NCBI RefSeq assembly: GCF_964204645.1
Contig: NC_134030.1
Span: forward strand, 15,996,110 to 16,060,109
Direction: 5' to 3'
DNA: 64,000 nt
DNA from: Tubulanus polymorphus
Taxonomy: Eukaryota; Animalia; Nemertea
Below, one piece after another: positions 9,393-22,651 of the stretch. The position numbers were made by a program, and so were the translations under genes. Under the pieces are notes generated by a model. That model searched no databases, was not told where the DNA came from, and worked only from the letters and a program-made list of their open reading frames with translations. Numbering within the stretch: the first letter of the stretch is position 1; each line of letters begins with the position of its first letter.

Positions 9393-11750
9393 ATTAGGGT
9401 TTCTGCTGCTTCGCAGAACCATCTTATAATTCTTGTGATTATTACCTTTTCCACTTTCCAGACAAATTTTTTCATAAAATGTAAGATTCCTCTCAGATTC
9501 GACTAATAAGAGCTTATGAATGTAATTTTTAATTCTGACAGAAATACTTATTTCGCAACTGTCTCAGATGCTGTAAGTAGTTGACGTTTTGTGTAATTGT
9601 TTTTTTCTAATGCCATGTTTAAATTATTTGGATTAGTAATCAGTCGTCATTATGGGATGATAATTCATGGGCATGCATCAAGAGTCCTACGACATACCAT
9701 TGGTATGAAGCTTTTTAAAGTTTATCAGAGACTTGTTTTGGAGTAAACCGAATAGCCCTTGAAATACCAATTCCACATGGCTTAACAGTCGGTGTCTATG
9801 CTCTGCGAGACAGTAGTACAGTCAACTTCGGTTAATCCGTCTCTGGTTAAACCGTATAAGTGCTTATTCCGTATAAATAAATTGGTCCCGTACCATCGGA
9901 TACTATGAACTTTTTATTCCCCCCAATTGTTAGAATGTGGTTTTACTGTAGTAGTCGTCCACGGTTTGAGAGATAACCAGCTATTATACAGATTGTGCAC
10001 TTAAATCATAGTTTATATGGGTACTAGTTAATTCGTAACAATTACGAATTATCTGTTATCCATATATCACGTATATCACTTAATAAAGATATCTATTATA
10101 CTTTCTTTCACTCCTCTATCATATTACATAACTACGAGTAATTCTTACATTTGATTGCTTAATTACAGGTAGAAAGAGGTCAGATGGCATGAAAATTGAC
10201 TGTGGCTGACTAATTGGCGCGAGTAGATGAAGCGTTGAGGTTTCAAAAGGTGTAGCCAAAATGCTTGTATCATCAGGGGTAGACAAATTATCCAAAGATA
10301 AATGAAAACTTCACCTTGTTGATTGTCAGTTGATTTTGCTGTAATTATTTTGCCTGGATAAATCAACAAACACATCATACATTTCAAAATCTGTGTTCAG
10401 TAGAATTTCTTTCAATAAAATGAAAATTTATTTGACAAATTTTTATGTATTCAAGATTGAATATGAAATGATCTTAAAACCAAAGCATTCAGCAATTTAG
10501 AAAATCCTAGACTCATAATCAAATTGTGTCAATTAACGTCTTTTGCTCGAATCAAGTTGAGGGCTCAGGTGCCTAAAGGCAGGCTTATGTCAACAAGCAA
10601 CGCGATGCCTACCGACGCAACTGGGTTTATCGCCAATTAGCGGCAACTAGCGGCCTACAAGAGGCCGCCAGTTGCTGCTCTATCGGCTCGACATAAGCCA
10701 GCTTGAGACGGCAACCCGTATCCGGCCAGTTGCCCATGTTCTACTCCGGCCTACGGTAGGCAGACAGTTGCTTTCGATCGCAACTGACATAAGCTCATCT
10801 GCGACGCGACGGAACTGAACGCAAGGGTTCCAGCCAATAAGAGACCGCATACACATAGAACAAATTATGACCGCTATTTAGCGTCATTCGTAATTAGTCA
10901 TAAACTTTCAATTAAAGTATTTCGAAACGTAAACCAAACCTTCAGCATGGCAGATGACTGGACGGAAGATCTAGAAGCGAAATTGGTAGAATCATGGTGT
11001 GAGCGGCCATCTTTATATGATGTCGCTAGCACATTGTATTCAAAACAGAATCAGAAAGATAAAGATCTTAGGAAAAAGCTTTTCTAATAGAAACATATTT
11101 CCCAATAATTCCAAATAATTCAAATTTATTCTCAAAATGCTTATCACGTGACCATCTGAGCCTTTGCAGTTGCCAGTAATCGTAACCGAAATAAGTAGCG
11201 AAGCAACTGGGAGGATCTCGTATCCCGCTTGTCGGCCTCCGTTGCTGCGAATCGGAGCGCAGTCGATATAAGCTGGGCTGCGATCGCGATCGCTGTCAGT
11301 TGCGTCGATTCAAATTTAGTGGTCATCGGATCGATGAACGAGGTAATCGGAACAGTTTTTTGGTGGTGTATCGTAATATTATTAAAGATCAAGTTACGCT
11401 ACTTTTACGATGGCGGTAAATCGGGAAATATTGTAATACATTTGTATAGGATTGATAGTGGTGGCGGTATGCGAGGGGCGGCAAATCAGGGTTTTTCCTG
11501 TAAATTTTAGACACAAATGTTCAGTTTCCCATGAAATCCAGGCCGTAGGCGAGGTTGGCGACGATTCGGGAGGGGGGGTTGCGTGTTAAATCGAGGTATG
11601 ACTAAATCCCAGATATGTGTCGCGCTCCTTTAAAATAGTCGCATGTTATAAACTGATAAGAATTATTTTGGTGAAATCTTTGTGCGCTTCCCAGTGCGAC
11701 ATTTAAACCAGCAAGGCAGAAACCCGTTGTCGCTGCTTTGCAGCTATATT
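9393..11750 (+). mobile_element. Helentron/HINE-like non-autonomous element with nested insertions
   Basis: 5' AGGGTTTCTGC..GCAGAACC subterminal hairpin; 3' GCAGAAACCC + GCTGCTTTGCAGC hairpin + TATATTT; same 3' end seen at ~7743-7780. Confidence 0.5.
10947..11090 (+). pseudogene. MADF/Myb-like fragment of a PIF/Harbinger-type element
   Basis: MADDWTEDLEAKLVESWCERPSLYDVASTLYS matches MADF pattern W....LI.....P.LYD....Y; embedded in GC-rich GTCGC/GCAAC repeat sequence (~10575-11380). Confidence 0.6.
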
Positions 11751-12824
11751 TTCACTGGCTATTCTTTTCATAATTTCATTAAGTCTATTCAGTGTGAATC
11801 AGTCAGTGTTATACTTGACTAACTCCTAAACTGTACCTATATAAATATCTGCTACCGACCACAGTCAGTCCCAGCCACAAAAGGAATTTGGTATTTCAGT
11901 CCTGGTAACACCACTAATAGTTGCTCCGTAAAATTTGTCTTGGTGATTATACAACAAGCAATCTGATTGGTGCTGCATGTACCCGTGCACTCAGTCTAGT
12001 GTGCAAGGGTTTCATGTCGTGACTGAGTGTAGTGATGCCATCAGGAATTTCGATGAGGGTTGATGGCTACACGCTGCAGACCTTTTCTCATTACATCATA
12101 TTACCTATTAGGTCAACATCCTTCATAGAAAAATTTAACAATCATAACTAAATTAAGACACATATGTTTGATTTCACTGCATTTAATTCACTGATATTCT
12201 GATCCTGATTTGACTCTGACTTAGGCCCATCATCATGGTTTCATTTAAGCTGTTGTTCTTCAATTTCTAGAAGTTCGCTAACAAGATCATCTCCACAACA
12301 TCAAAAACATTAAATGCAAATACGCTATACTGACTGCTGCTCATGCAGCAGAATTGAAAACCAACATCTTTTTGTTGTTCTTTGCTTTGATTCACGTGGC
12401 TGAATTTGCCACATTAGCCAATAATAATAAGACCTTTTGTATATTCTGTACATTATCGTATACCCCCATTGGGCTATATCTAGTAGGCCTATCTTTCTAC
12501 TACCCACTATGCTATTCAGCAAAAAAGTATTGAAATATTTGCCTGTGTCAATGCATGCACTTTCGTGTTGCTTGAAGAAAACTATTTGACGATTGTTCGC
12601 TATACATCTGTAAATAACATCAATTATTAGTGCCACTTTTACTCGATCGCCATTATAGTTAACATAGAAAATATCACTGATCCCTAGCACTACTAATACT
12701 TGACTGCCATTGCACAAAGAACCACAGAAGCGGGCAATGCCCATTTTTTCTGAAAGAAGTTCGCTCATGATATTGGGTTTTTTAAAGCCTTGATTTCCTT
12801 GTAGATTCGTTCCACTAACCCTAC

Positions 12825-12947
12825 CTCTTTAGTAACACACTTGAATTCATAGAATTTAGTCTCGTTCCATTCTGGATTTGTGGTATCCGAAACTTTTTTT
12901 GAGCTGTTAAATTTTTCTGTGCCAAGTCTATACTTCATATAAAGTTC
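12825..12947 (-). CDS. KIF28P: Host kinesin-3 exon (ELYMKY...TTNPEWNETKFYEFKCVTKE)
   Basis: ccAG/GTAGGG, 123 nt, phase 0/0; C2-like T.NP.W motif. Confidence 0.85.
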
Positions 12948-13036
12948 CTGGAAGAAAAAGACTATCATTATCGTCGAATGAATCAGATGTGGTGGCATCT
13001 GATGGTTTATCTATTCACTACAGCATTTAAGCATAC

Positions 13037-13183
13037 CGTGTACTGTTTTGGTAAACCACGAGCATTCAGTAATCTCAGATTATAGTATAGCTGTTTGCCA
13101 ATCAATTCTTCCGAGTCATCAACGAAAACATTGTCATTCTCGCTGAATTCATCACCATTCGAATCACATGGCAGAGCTTCTAC
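13037..13183 (-). CDS. KIF28P: Host kinesin-3 exon (VEALPCDSNG...ARGLPKQYT)
   Basis: gcAG/GTATGC, 147 nt, phase 0/0. Confidence 0.85.
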
Positions 13184-13407
13184 CTGCAGAATTTATCATT
13201 CAATATTTAAAGAAAACCGTGGAACCAATATAGCAGATGCTAGAATGTTGCTGAAAATGACATATGCCCCATATGAGGGAATGGGCTACACCATCACCAC
13301 CCCCAGGCCAATGAAAATATTCGACAAAAAAGATAGCAATCATTAACTTTTAATGCAAAAGGTAGGTTATGCTTCAGAAAACCCTATGGAACAGGAACAC
13401 TGTTGTA

Positions 13408-13575
13408 CAGTGGAACCTCATTACAATGAAATCAGAAACAACGATTCATCGGATACAACAAATATAGAATTTTGTCCCAAGTACGATAATTTGATTAATT
13501 TCATACTGGATATAACAAACTATTGGTTGCAACGAACATATTTTCTGTGAAGTTCGTTGTAATGAGGTTCCACTG
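13408..13575. mobile_element. Tc1/pogo(Tigger)-type MITE
   Basis: TIR CAGTGGAACCTCATTACAA / TTGTAATGAGGTTCCACTG, TA on both sides. Confidence 0.85.
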
Positions 13576-13582
13576 TATGTAT

Positions 13583-14301
13583 ACATCTGTCAATTGGATC
13601 AACCCCATCCAGCTCATCCAATTTTTCCAGCTCCTCGATTTAACAAAAATAGTTGGGGCCGTCCACTCGATCATTAATCTATTTCACATTTATTTCCAAT
13701 GCATTTATTTTGTGAAATTAATAAAAATAGTAAATACTTGTATTTGTTGCGCACAAGTATCACCAGTATTTCCTGAGAACAGGGTATATTTCAAGCAACA
13801 GCGTGCGCACGCATTTTGTCAAAAACGTGCCTCCAATGATGCTTGACCTAGATTACCTGTTACAGGAAACCAGATACTTGGAGACTGTCGGCTACGCTCC
13901 AACAAACAAGCTGCTATTCATTTAAGCGACTGCATTTAGAGCATCTGATTCCTCAACTACTACATCGTACATATGCTGTTTGAGATAAAGTATGTCCAAT
14001 GATACACTTAAATGCTTCTATAGATTTACACATAAGCACACGGACAAGAATTCTTGGCAGATTGATAAAGGTTTACATAGCAGCATCCCATGCCCTGCTA
14101 ATACGACCCATTGAGAGCAATGCTCAGGGTATGCATATTTCCATTCGTAGGGGACTCAATCGCGTGTACTTTTTATAGTCCTGTCTACTGGACAGAACTG
14201 ATATTATGACTTTCTTATCATCGGTACTTCAAAATCAAGTGGGAGTTGAGTTCGTTGAACAATCGAGTGGATGAGCTAGGGGGTTCATCCAATTGATTGA
14301 T
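13583..14301. mobile_element. Degenerate MITE
   Basis: Imperfect inverted ends TCAATTGGATCAACCCC..AGCTCATCCA / TGGATGAGCT..GGGGTTCATCCAATTGA. Confidence 0.55.
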
Positions 14302-14748
14302 GGGTGCATTAATCCCATATGGCTACCAGTCAGCTATTTCAAATGGAACCATCACCTTCGTCGATATATATTATTGCTATGCCATAGACATTGCATGTTA
14401 ATATGAACCCACCATTTTGTGTTTGAAATTGAATAGTTATAATTCAACTTTCAAAAACCATTTTAAACATGTTTTTCCTGATAGATTTAACCTCTTCACT
14501 TCGTTATGCCCCTCACTAGGATTCAAACCCAATGGCATCATTGAATTCAAATCGATTTGGCATTAGAGGTACTATCTCTCCATCTATGACTCACTACACC
14601 AACAATTGCAGTAAACATATTTGCAACGTAAAAATATGTCATGTATGGTGAGAGAAGGTCACTAATTGCGACGTAAATATTCTTCACTGTAACATTAAAA
14701 TACATTTGTTTGAGGGAATACTTTTCTGAAAAATGTATTTCAAACAAG

Positions 14749-15625
14749 AAACAAGAGCCCCAAGGGGCACTATGGCCAGCCTGTCAGCTTTTCATAAAAT
14801 AGCAAATGATGATGCATTCTGTGGGTTAAATTTGTCAAAATACACTTCCAGCTGAGAGTCAATACCTAATAATTTACACGATACAATCGTAGAATACAAA
14901 AGTAGCACAGACAGCGACTGGATCTGGCAACAAATTCCTCAGATAAATATTTTCCCTTGGTCTCATTGATTTTAATGCGGAATAGATTTGAATTTTCTGA
15001 AATTTGCTCAATAAAAAAAAATTGAATTGGATTTGATGTTATTATTTGTTCTGGATTTAATATTTTTTGCGGAATAGAATTTGATTGAATTTGTAGTTTG
15101 AGCACATGGCTAATTTGCATATCAAGGTCATCTATCCGATTTAAGAAAAAGCTATTTTTCCCGGACTTTGCACAATGGTCAATGATATCTTCCGTAGTGC
15201 TAATGAAAATATTCCTCCCAAAAACCAAATCAACTTAAGCTTTAACAGAAATTGATCTTGAAATACAATTTTAGATCTTAAAATAAAACCCGGAAGTAAA
15301 ACGGTAGACGATACCGCGGGTTCACGTGAACACCTGCTGATTTCTGCGGCTAAGCCAATCATAGAGGAGTCTTTGCTCTCTGATTGGCTTTTCAAAACCA
15401 ATATTTTGCGATCAGATATTCGCGAAAAAGCTCATATAAACTTTAACGAGGCCCTCTTTCAAAATTCAGCTACGTAGAGTTTGGAGAATGGATAATGCTT
15501 TAATGAATGATTTGTATGAAAATATGCTCAGTTGCACAGTTAAAGAGCCTTTGCTCTGGAAACCATGTCATTTAAATTCGCTCCATTTGTATAGTAATAG
15601 GCTCAGCCTACGGCTGGCCTAAAAA
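14749..15625 (-). mobile_element. Helentron/HINE-like element, family A copy 1
   Basis: Same ends as 54293-56685 (ACAAGAGCCCCAAGGGGCAC..TGGCCAGCCTG and TAGGCTCAGCCTACGGCTGGCCTAAAAA) plus shared internal blocks. Confidence 0.75.
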
Positions 15626-15943
15626 TATATTTGAAACACATTCTAAATTTACATTCATTTCATAAGAACGCAAAATTTCAAAAACATATTCCAAAATAAA
15701 TACCAAATCAAGAATATATAGGCCTATCATATAGTTATATAAATATGTTATATTATCATACTATCATAAGCTTGTAACTGAAAAGACTTCAAATATTAAT
15801 GATAATTTATGAAGTGAGAAGTTTCTACATAAATCCTGGAACGTACAACCATGGTTTTTTAGGTTTTTATACTAATATGCTTAACGCTCTTGAAAAATTG
15901 TTGTTACGGAAAAAAATTGAAATATCACATGACTGTTACTTAC

Positions 15944-16006
15944 ATTCAGCATTCCTACATCCTTGGCTTTATAATCAATTATAGACAGCTGTTCTCGAAC
16001 TTCAAT
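15944..16006 (-). CDS. KIF28P: Host kinesin-3 exon (IEVREQLSIIDYKAKDVGMLN)
   Basis: ttAG/GTAAGT, 63 nt, phase 0/0; joins VEALPC of next exon. Confidence 0.85.
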
Positions 16007-16083
16007 CTAAGAATATTCAAAAAGGTTGGTCGTATGAGTACGTCATACAAAGATGTGAAAGATTTTCAAATATGATTATTTAC

Positions 16084-16167
16084 CAGATATGTGAGTGCTT
16101 GTAACCAAACTCTTACACTTCCAATATGAATGTCAGCTTCATCGTCTTCCAGAAATGGATCTCTTTC
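16084..16167 (-). CDS. KIF28P: Host kinesin-3 exon (ERDPFLEDDEADIHIGSVRVWLQALTYL)
   Basis: ttAG/GTAAAT, 84 nt; kinesin-3 DPF...IG...V.L..L.Y motif. Confidence 0.88.
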
Positions 16168-16978
16168 CTAAACCAATTTAAAATAAGTTATTTCATTGTC
16201 TCTGTGGTAGTAGTGTCACTTAAACACCCCTCACTGTAGTAATTGCTGGTGACACTAGATGTGTTATTTCAGACACTCTCGCAATTTAGTATGATGACAA
16301 GTGTCATTTCAGCAAAATCTTGAACAGGGTATCATACTTATATACAACCAAGGGATTTAAATGATATCCTTGATGGGATTTGGAATAACTATCCGCTGTA
16401 CATATACATCACTGATAATCTGTCATACCCAACTGTGCGCATGCAAAGGGAAAAGCAAATGAATTGTTCAAATTTTCCTATCCCCACTGTACAATCTGTA
16501 ATACTGTCATGCATCTGACAACACAATGATGAAATGCAGATGATTAAATTACACTATGTACCCAATAGCTCCCTTTTTACACATTTTTATGCTTTTATGG
16601 CTGAGATATAATAAACAATTAATTGTTCCACCGGTCACCCAAATTCACTGCCATTCACTGCCCGCATTAAGTCCAGAGATCAATTGAGTGACTGTATAGT
16701 CCAAATCCATGAAAAAGTGTCTAGTCTGAATCCGTATTTTAGTGTTACCATGTCCTTCGTTCTCTCTCCTGCTTTCTACAGAATAAATGGTGTGTATCGT
16801 AATTTCAGTCCAGGAGTTATTTTAGATATATCATAGGCCAGTGATAGTTAACTGAAGGGCCTGACCTACTCAGTCAGCTTTAGGACCCCGATTCGATCTT
16901 TACAATAGTGGCAGTGTATTGGGATTTTCTTTAAGCCTATGAGACTGAAATAACTAGTTGAAGTGAACCCACACCAAA

Positions 16979-17160
16979 ATGTTGCTACGCAGTCAAGAAA
17001 TAAGAAACGATGAAACGTTTGAACATTTTGCAGAAGCGATCATGGAATTGGCCAGGAACGCATACCCGCACATGTCAAATGACGTCCAGGATGAATTGGC
17101 CAAGGACCATTTCATCACAAGTGTGAATTTGTCATCAGTTGCGCAGCAAGGGGAAATGTG
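16979..17160 (+). pseudogene. Gag fragment of a Gypsy relative of the element at 1-7210
   Basis: ELARNAYPHMSNDVQDELAKDHF vs ELARNAYPGIAFELQDELAKDQF. Confidence 0.8.
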
Positions 17161-17494
17161 CAAATGTTTAACAACGAAGTACACCACACTAATGGCACAC
17201 TATCCATTTAACATTATTGATAATAAACAAGAGTTTTTTTCTTGCAAATATGATTCAAAAAGACAGGATAGTTTCAAATACTCCTTTCCTATTCTGCCAC
17301 CTGTCCAACATTTCGGTATGATCAACCATATCAAATGCAAAAAAGGTCTAACACTGGAGGTGGAGACCTCAGATCCTTAATGAGATGGAACTCGGGAGGT
17401 GCCTGACAAGTCGGTAAGGGGTGAACGGTAGCGACAGCCTGAACGAGAACAATTCTGGTATTGATCATAGTCTTCATGAAGACGCTCTACTAAT

Positions 17495-17742
17495 CAGGGA
17501 TGAAAACGGCCCATATTGAAAAAGTCAGAAATTATTCCGCTTTTCAAATGAGATGCCACGTTGGTTTCTCCGACTCCACAATTGTGCTAACTACCGCCAA
17601 AAACCGTCTTAAGGAGCACTCCTAACTACGAAGCATTCCGATGTGACATGCACGATTGAGGCGATTTACACTGATCTCAGGAATGAAGAAAATAAAAGAG
17701 AAGGTCGGAAATCCGTCTATGGTCAGAAGATTTTGATCCCTG
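17495..17742. mobile_element. 248-bp MITE of the CAGGGATGAAAA hAT-like family
   Basis: TIR CAGGGATGAAAA / TTTTGATCCCTG, exact 6-bp TSD ACTAAT. Confidence 0.85.
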
Positions 17743-17971
17743 ACTAATGGGTCTCGGACTGCCTTCGCAGAAGTGGGAGGGGAGCCATGAGCTCTGAGTG
17801 TTAGTGAATGCAAAATCTTGATAACACCACTAGTTCAACATCATTCGGAAAAAATGCCTCGATTTACTGGAGCACTTCTAACTAGTAAAACCAATGGGAT
17901 ATAAGAGTCAAAGGTTTTTGAGCAAAAATGCATTTTCTTATGAATAAGATTCATCCTAGTTTTATACATAC

Positions 17972-18117
17972 CGGTGCAACCTGCCAATCATCTCCATCCA
18001 AATAATTATTGTACATTTCAGTCATCATGAATTTGCGATTCAAGAACTTGGTTTTTGGCCACAACCAATGGCGATCGGTTTCTAGGTTTGTAGCTTCGAC
18101 ATAAACCTCTGGTCGAC
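17972..18117 (-). CDS. KIF28P: Host kinesin-3 exon (RPEVYVEATNLETDRHWLWPKTKFLNRKFMMTEMY...)
   Basis: acAG/GTATGT, phase 1/0; W.W...KF.NR...M.EMY kinesin-3 motif. Confidence 0.9.
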
Positions 18118-19407
18118 CTGTAAGGAAAGATCACAACTCATCAGGGATGCTCACTCAAAGAACTGATCTATGGTCAATGGGGTGATAATCATAAAGCAAA
18201 CTTTCCAAGCTATCAAGGTCAAACAAGCATTTGTATCCTAGAGGGCCATTCCACAATAAATTGTACGAATTCGGGATTTTCCTGTCGCATGGAGATGGTC
18301 TTCTATTGGATAAAATCATATAAATTTATACTTCCAACGTTCCCCAATATATCTTCTTAAATATGATATAGTTTATGGGGACTGAACACTCAAACAAAAG
18401 AAATATTCGGCACCAAATACCCCAAAATATGCAATTTTTGCCTGTCGCAGTGAAACCCTCTGAAGATAAAACCATCTCCGTTACTCCATGTGAGCCTAAA
18501 GCTACTCATCGGCCTTTACCTAACAAGAAATTGATATGTAGATGATAAATAAATTTTCACTTAGAGAGTTTCAAACATCATTTCCTTGTTATGCATGCCA
18601 TAGAGTAGCTGTCACGCAAATATCAACGAGATACATTACCATTAGTTTGAGGACGGCGTTTGCAAGGAAAAATATTGTATAGTATTATATCTCAGGTTTT
18701 AAATATTTTGATAGTCATGTTAATTACTTGCAATAAAAAATGTTTCTCTGGTTTGACTATGTCACAAGCAGAAGCCACGGAAACAAAGAGATTTTTGACT
18801 CGTTATGATTCTTTTTGATGCAAGATATGTTACTCTCATTCCCCACATAATTTCACAAAATAAAAACAGATCTTTTCCATATGTTTGTCAGTTGAGATGG
18901 GTGTTCAATAATCATTTTATCTGTTTAATAATTTGTCTTGTATGGACCCATCAGGTGATATCGCTTGATGAAGAAAATGGCCACAAGATACGTTACCACA
19001 AGATATGTTACCTAATTTTTTTTTTGTGCAATCAAGCTTTTTGTTTCAAGGTAGCGATGTAATTTTTATAAATAGGGCATAGGAATGAACGTTTATCCTA
19101 CACTTAAGTTGTTTCCTGTGTGGAAAACACGTATGTGCTACATTGAATAGGAAACGTATCTTGTCTTTTTAACGGTCTGGTCAATAATGCTCGTGGAATA
19201 TATATATATTGCATTAAAAAGTTCTAAATGGATGTTTTATTTTTTGCCATTGGTCTTTATTCTTATAATTCATATTTTTTGTGATGAAAGTTTCGACAAA
19301 ACATGGACATCGGTATAGATGGTCGGCTGTCCTTGGTGAAATATGGGAGTCCTACCACAACGTGATCATTGCGTGTGCTCCCCTAGAGCCGTCGAAAGGT
19401 CTGAAAG

Positions 19408-22238
19408 GTCCATTGTGTTGTTGTCAACCTTGTTATTGTTGAATTTTACCGTTTCCAACAGTTTTTCAAACTCACTCATATTGATAGAAGCTCTAAGGCC
19501 GAAACGTCTATTCTTAATTTGAAATAAAGAAAATGCACCTCAGCTCAGATATTCGTAATACTAATTGTACTACTTCGAGGTGAGGGGAACACGATCCACT
19601 CGATCAACTTAACCAAAGATTTTCGACAAATGTTCCAAGAAATGAAGATCCTTAAGACTACACCAAAGACTGGCGATTTTTTCACAATCCTATGAACAAC
19701 ATATAAGAAGACAAGTCATTATCTATGGTAATGCCCTGTTTAGAAAAACAAGATTCAGCAGCCACGCAAATTTTCTCAGGGAATGTCTCCATCGTAGACT
19801 CATCTCTTAAGGATTCTCCATCAACCGGAAAGGTACATTCCCAACGAAAATTAATCAGATAACTGCCAGATACTCATGTGATCTTATGTGTGCAGCTATT
19901 CACAAATTTGAGAGACAAATCTGGTCGACCGATACTACAATTCTGTCATCCCGTCAAATATTGTCCGGAACCCTTCAAAATTTTATATCATCAAACAATT
20001 TATTTGTGACTTGAACCAGACTATACGAAGATCTTCACCGTACCAAACAATCTAAGCTTATGGCTCTACAACCTCAAAAAACCAAGGCTAGTCATCAACA
20101 CAAGCTTGTCGTCACCATACCAGAAGATCTGAAATTATCCACCGAGGAAAAATCTGTACTCTCCAAAGGTTTGAAATTTATTCCTTCTCCCAAACCCAAT
20201 GCTAATCTAACCTCTGTCGAAGTGAACGAATTCTTCAGAAGACTCAAGTTACAAGCTCATTTCAATGACCCGAACAAAATGATCAGCCAAGTGATTTTGG
20301 ATGACAACGAAGATGACGATGCATTAATGTTCAACAAATTTCAACCAAAAAAGAAGAGTTATTGGACTCCCATAGAAAATCCCGTAGCTATCACCAAATT
20401 TATCAACACTTGCAATAACTCAATTCGTCAGATCCAACCGAGACAATCCAAGAAGACCAATTTATCCCATAATGAACTGCTGGCTTTGAGAAGTCTGCGA
20501 ATGAGAAAGGATATCGTGATAAAAAATGCTGATAAAGGGGGAGCAGTCGTTGTTTGGAAAAAAGACTTATACATCGCTGAAGCTGAACGCCAACTCAGTG
20601 ACACCTACTTCTATAATGAACTGAACTCCGATGAAACTGCGATTTGCAATGACATTATAAGTAATATTATCAACGAGGAAATTAACTTAGGAAATTTACC
20701 GAAATCAGCGATTTTGCTGATCGATGATAAACCCAGGTGTAATATTTTCTATTTACTCCCCAAAATACACAAACCCAACAATCCCGGTCGTCCTATTGTA
20801 TCAGCATGCTTGTGTCCAACTGAGACAATATCCCATTTTCTCAGTGATCACTTACAGCATATTGTCACCTCCCTTCCATCGTATATTCATGATACCACCC
20901 ATTTTCTTAACATTTAGAACATGTTTATCGAGCATACCTAATTATTCACAATGGATGTCAAGTCACTATATACTAACATCCCCCATGCTGATGGTCTTTG
21001 TTGCCTTAAGTACTAACTAGATCTCGACCCCAATCCCGCCATTCCCACTAATACCATATTGCGTCTTGCTGAACTAGTACTCACTAAAAATTGTTTCGAA
21101 TTCAATGGTCATTATTATGATCAAACTCCTGGAGTTAGTATGGGCACTCGATTTGGCCCTATATATGCTAACATTTTCATGGGCCACCTTGAAAAACTTT
21201 TTTTCGATAGTTATTAAGGTCCCATTCCCGACCTCTATATTCGTTTAATAGACGATATTGCCGGCAAACGGATATGTTGCGCGCAGATCTTAATCATTTC
21301 ATTGCAAGGTTTAATGACTTCCACAGGACCATTGAACTCACTCAATATCGGGGACTTCAGAAGTTTTCCTAGATACTATTTTCAGTGTTGGACCTCGCAA
21401 AATCGAAACCATGATCCACGATAAAGACACTGACATATAATTCCAATAACCCATCCAAATGCATCAATAGCATACCATTCAGTCAATTCCGTCGGATTTG
21501 TTCAGATAACCGGGATTTCGAACAAAAATCTTGGATATGAAACAATTTTTCGCGGAACGTGGATATCCTGACAATGTATTAACTAAAGCGCTTCACATGT
21601 CATTAGATTGACAAATCTACTGCTCTCATTGCTCCGAAAAAAGATTCTGATCACAATATTCCTCTAGTGCTCACTTAACAACTATAGTTGTAAAGTCGCC
21701 AAGACCATTCGTAAAAATTTCCACATTCTATTGGATGATGCCAATGCGGGACATCTTTACGATGGTTATCTCCTCACTTGTTTTAGAAACGATAAATCTA
21801 TTGGAAATAAACTCGTTCGTACCAAATCAAATTTAAACACTGAGATTTTAGGAACCTTCACTTGCAATCAAATGCGGTATAAAATGCATCGGAGAAACCA
21901 AACGCAGATTAGCCGACCGATTTAGAGAACATCTTGGTTATACATTCAAAACAACTCAGATAATCTAGTTGGTCAACATTTTAACTCCCACGACCATAGC
22001 ATATCTGATATCTACACCGAACGTTGCCTTAACGAAATGTCCTACATACACAAACTGAATACCCTATACCCGTTTGGCCTTAATCGGGAGGATGATACCT
22101 TTCGCAGATAACCTCCCTTAATATCGTTTGCATCTACATCTAGTAGTACCATTTGGCTATTATTACATTATTATTATTATAACTATTATATCATTATTCC
22201 TATTATCTTTATATTTATCAAATCATATTAATATTACA

Positions 22239-22270
<32 letters not shown>

Positions 22271-22555
22271 ACCTTTTATCGTTTCTTCTAGTTATTATAT
22301 TATCAATATCTATTGTCTTTATATTGATTCTCAGGTTCTACTTATTGCTCAGTCGTCCATTGTGTTGTGGTCAACCTTGTTATAGTTACCGTTTCCAAAG
22401 GTTTTTCAAACTCACGCATATCGATAAAGGCTCTAAGGCCAAAACGTCTATACCTAATTTGAAATAAAGAAAATGCACCTCAGCTCTCAGATATACATCA
22501 TACTTATTGTACTACTTCGAGGTGAGGGGAACACGATCCACTCGATCAACTTAAC
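19408..22555 (+). mobile_element. Penelope-like retroelement (decayed) with pseudo-LTR direct repeats
   Basis: ~200-bp direct repeats 19408-19613 / 22355-22555; ~13-bp TSD GA(A/G)AGGTCTGAAA; RT and GIY-YIG remnants. Confidence 0.92.
20060..22110 (+). pseudogene. Penelope RT + GIY-YIG endonuclease, disrupted
   Basis: ADKGGAVV, YLLPKIHKP..GRPIVS, MDVKSLYTNIP, GVSMGT, RLIDD; IGETKRRLADRFREHL near 21890. Confidence 0.9.
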
Positions 22556-22651
22556 GAGAGGTCTGAAAAATTTTTCAGTTGAACCCGTCAAGAAGGAGAG
22601 ATTCACCGACCTCTTCAATTTGATGAATTAACTGAATTGTGGCGGTCTTAA

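Noticed and set aside
10315-10353. Exon-like 39-nt segment with AG/GT on the minus strand
   Set aside because: Flanking kinesin exons are phase 0, and in phase 0 it reads GCA AAA TAA (stop)
18241-19200. Possible TIR element starting GAGGGCCATTCCAC
   Set aside because: Only a short GTGGAAT match at the putative right end; no TSD or coding remnant
22128-22385. Very hydrophobic 85-aa ORF
   Set aside because: Translation of an ATT/ATC microsatellite in the Penelope 3' region
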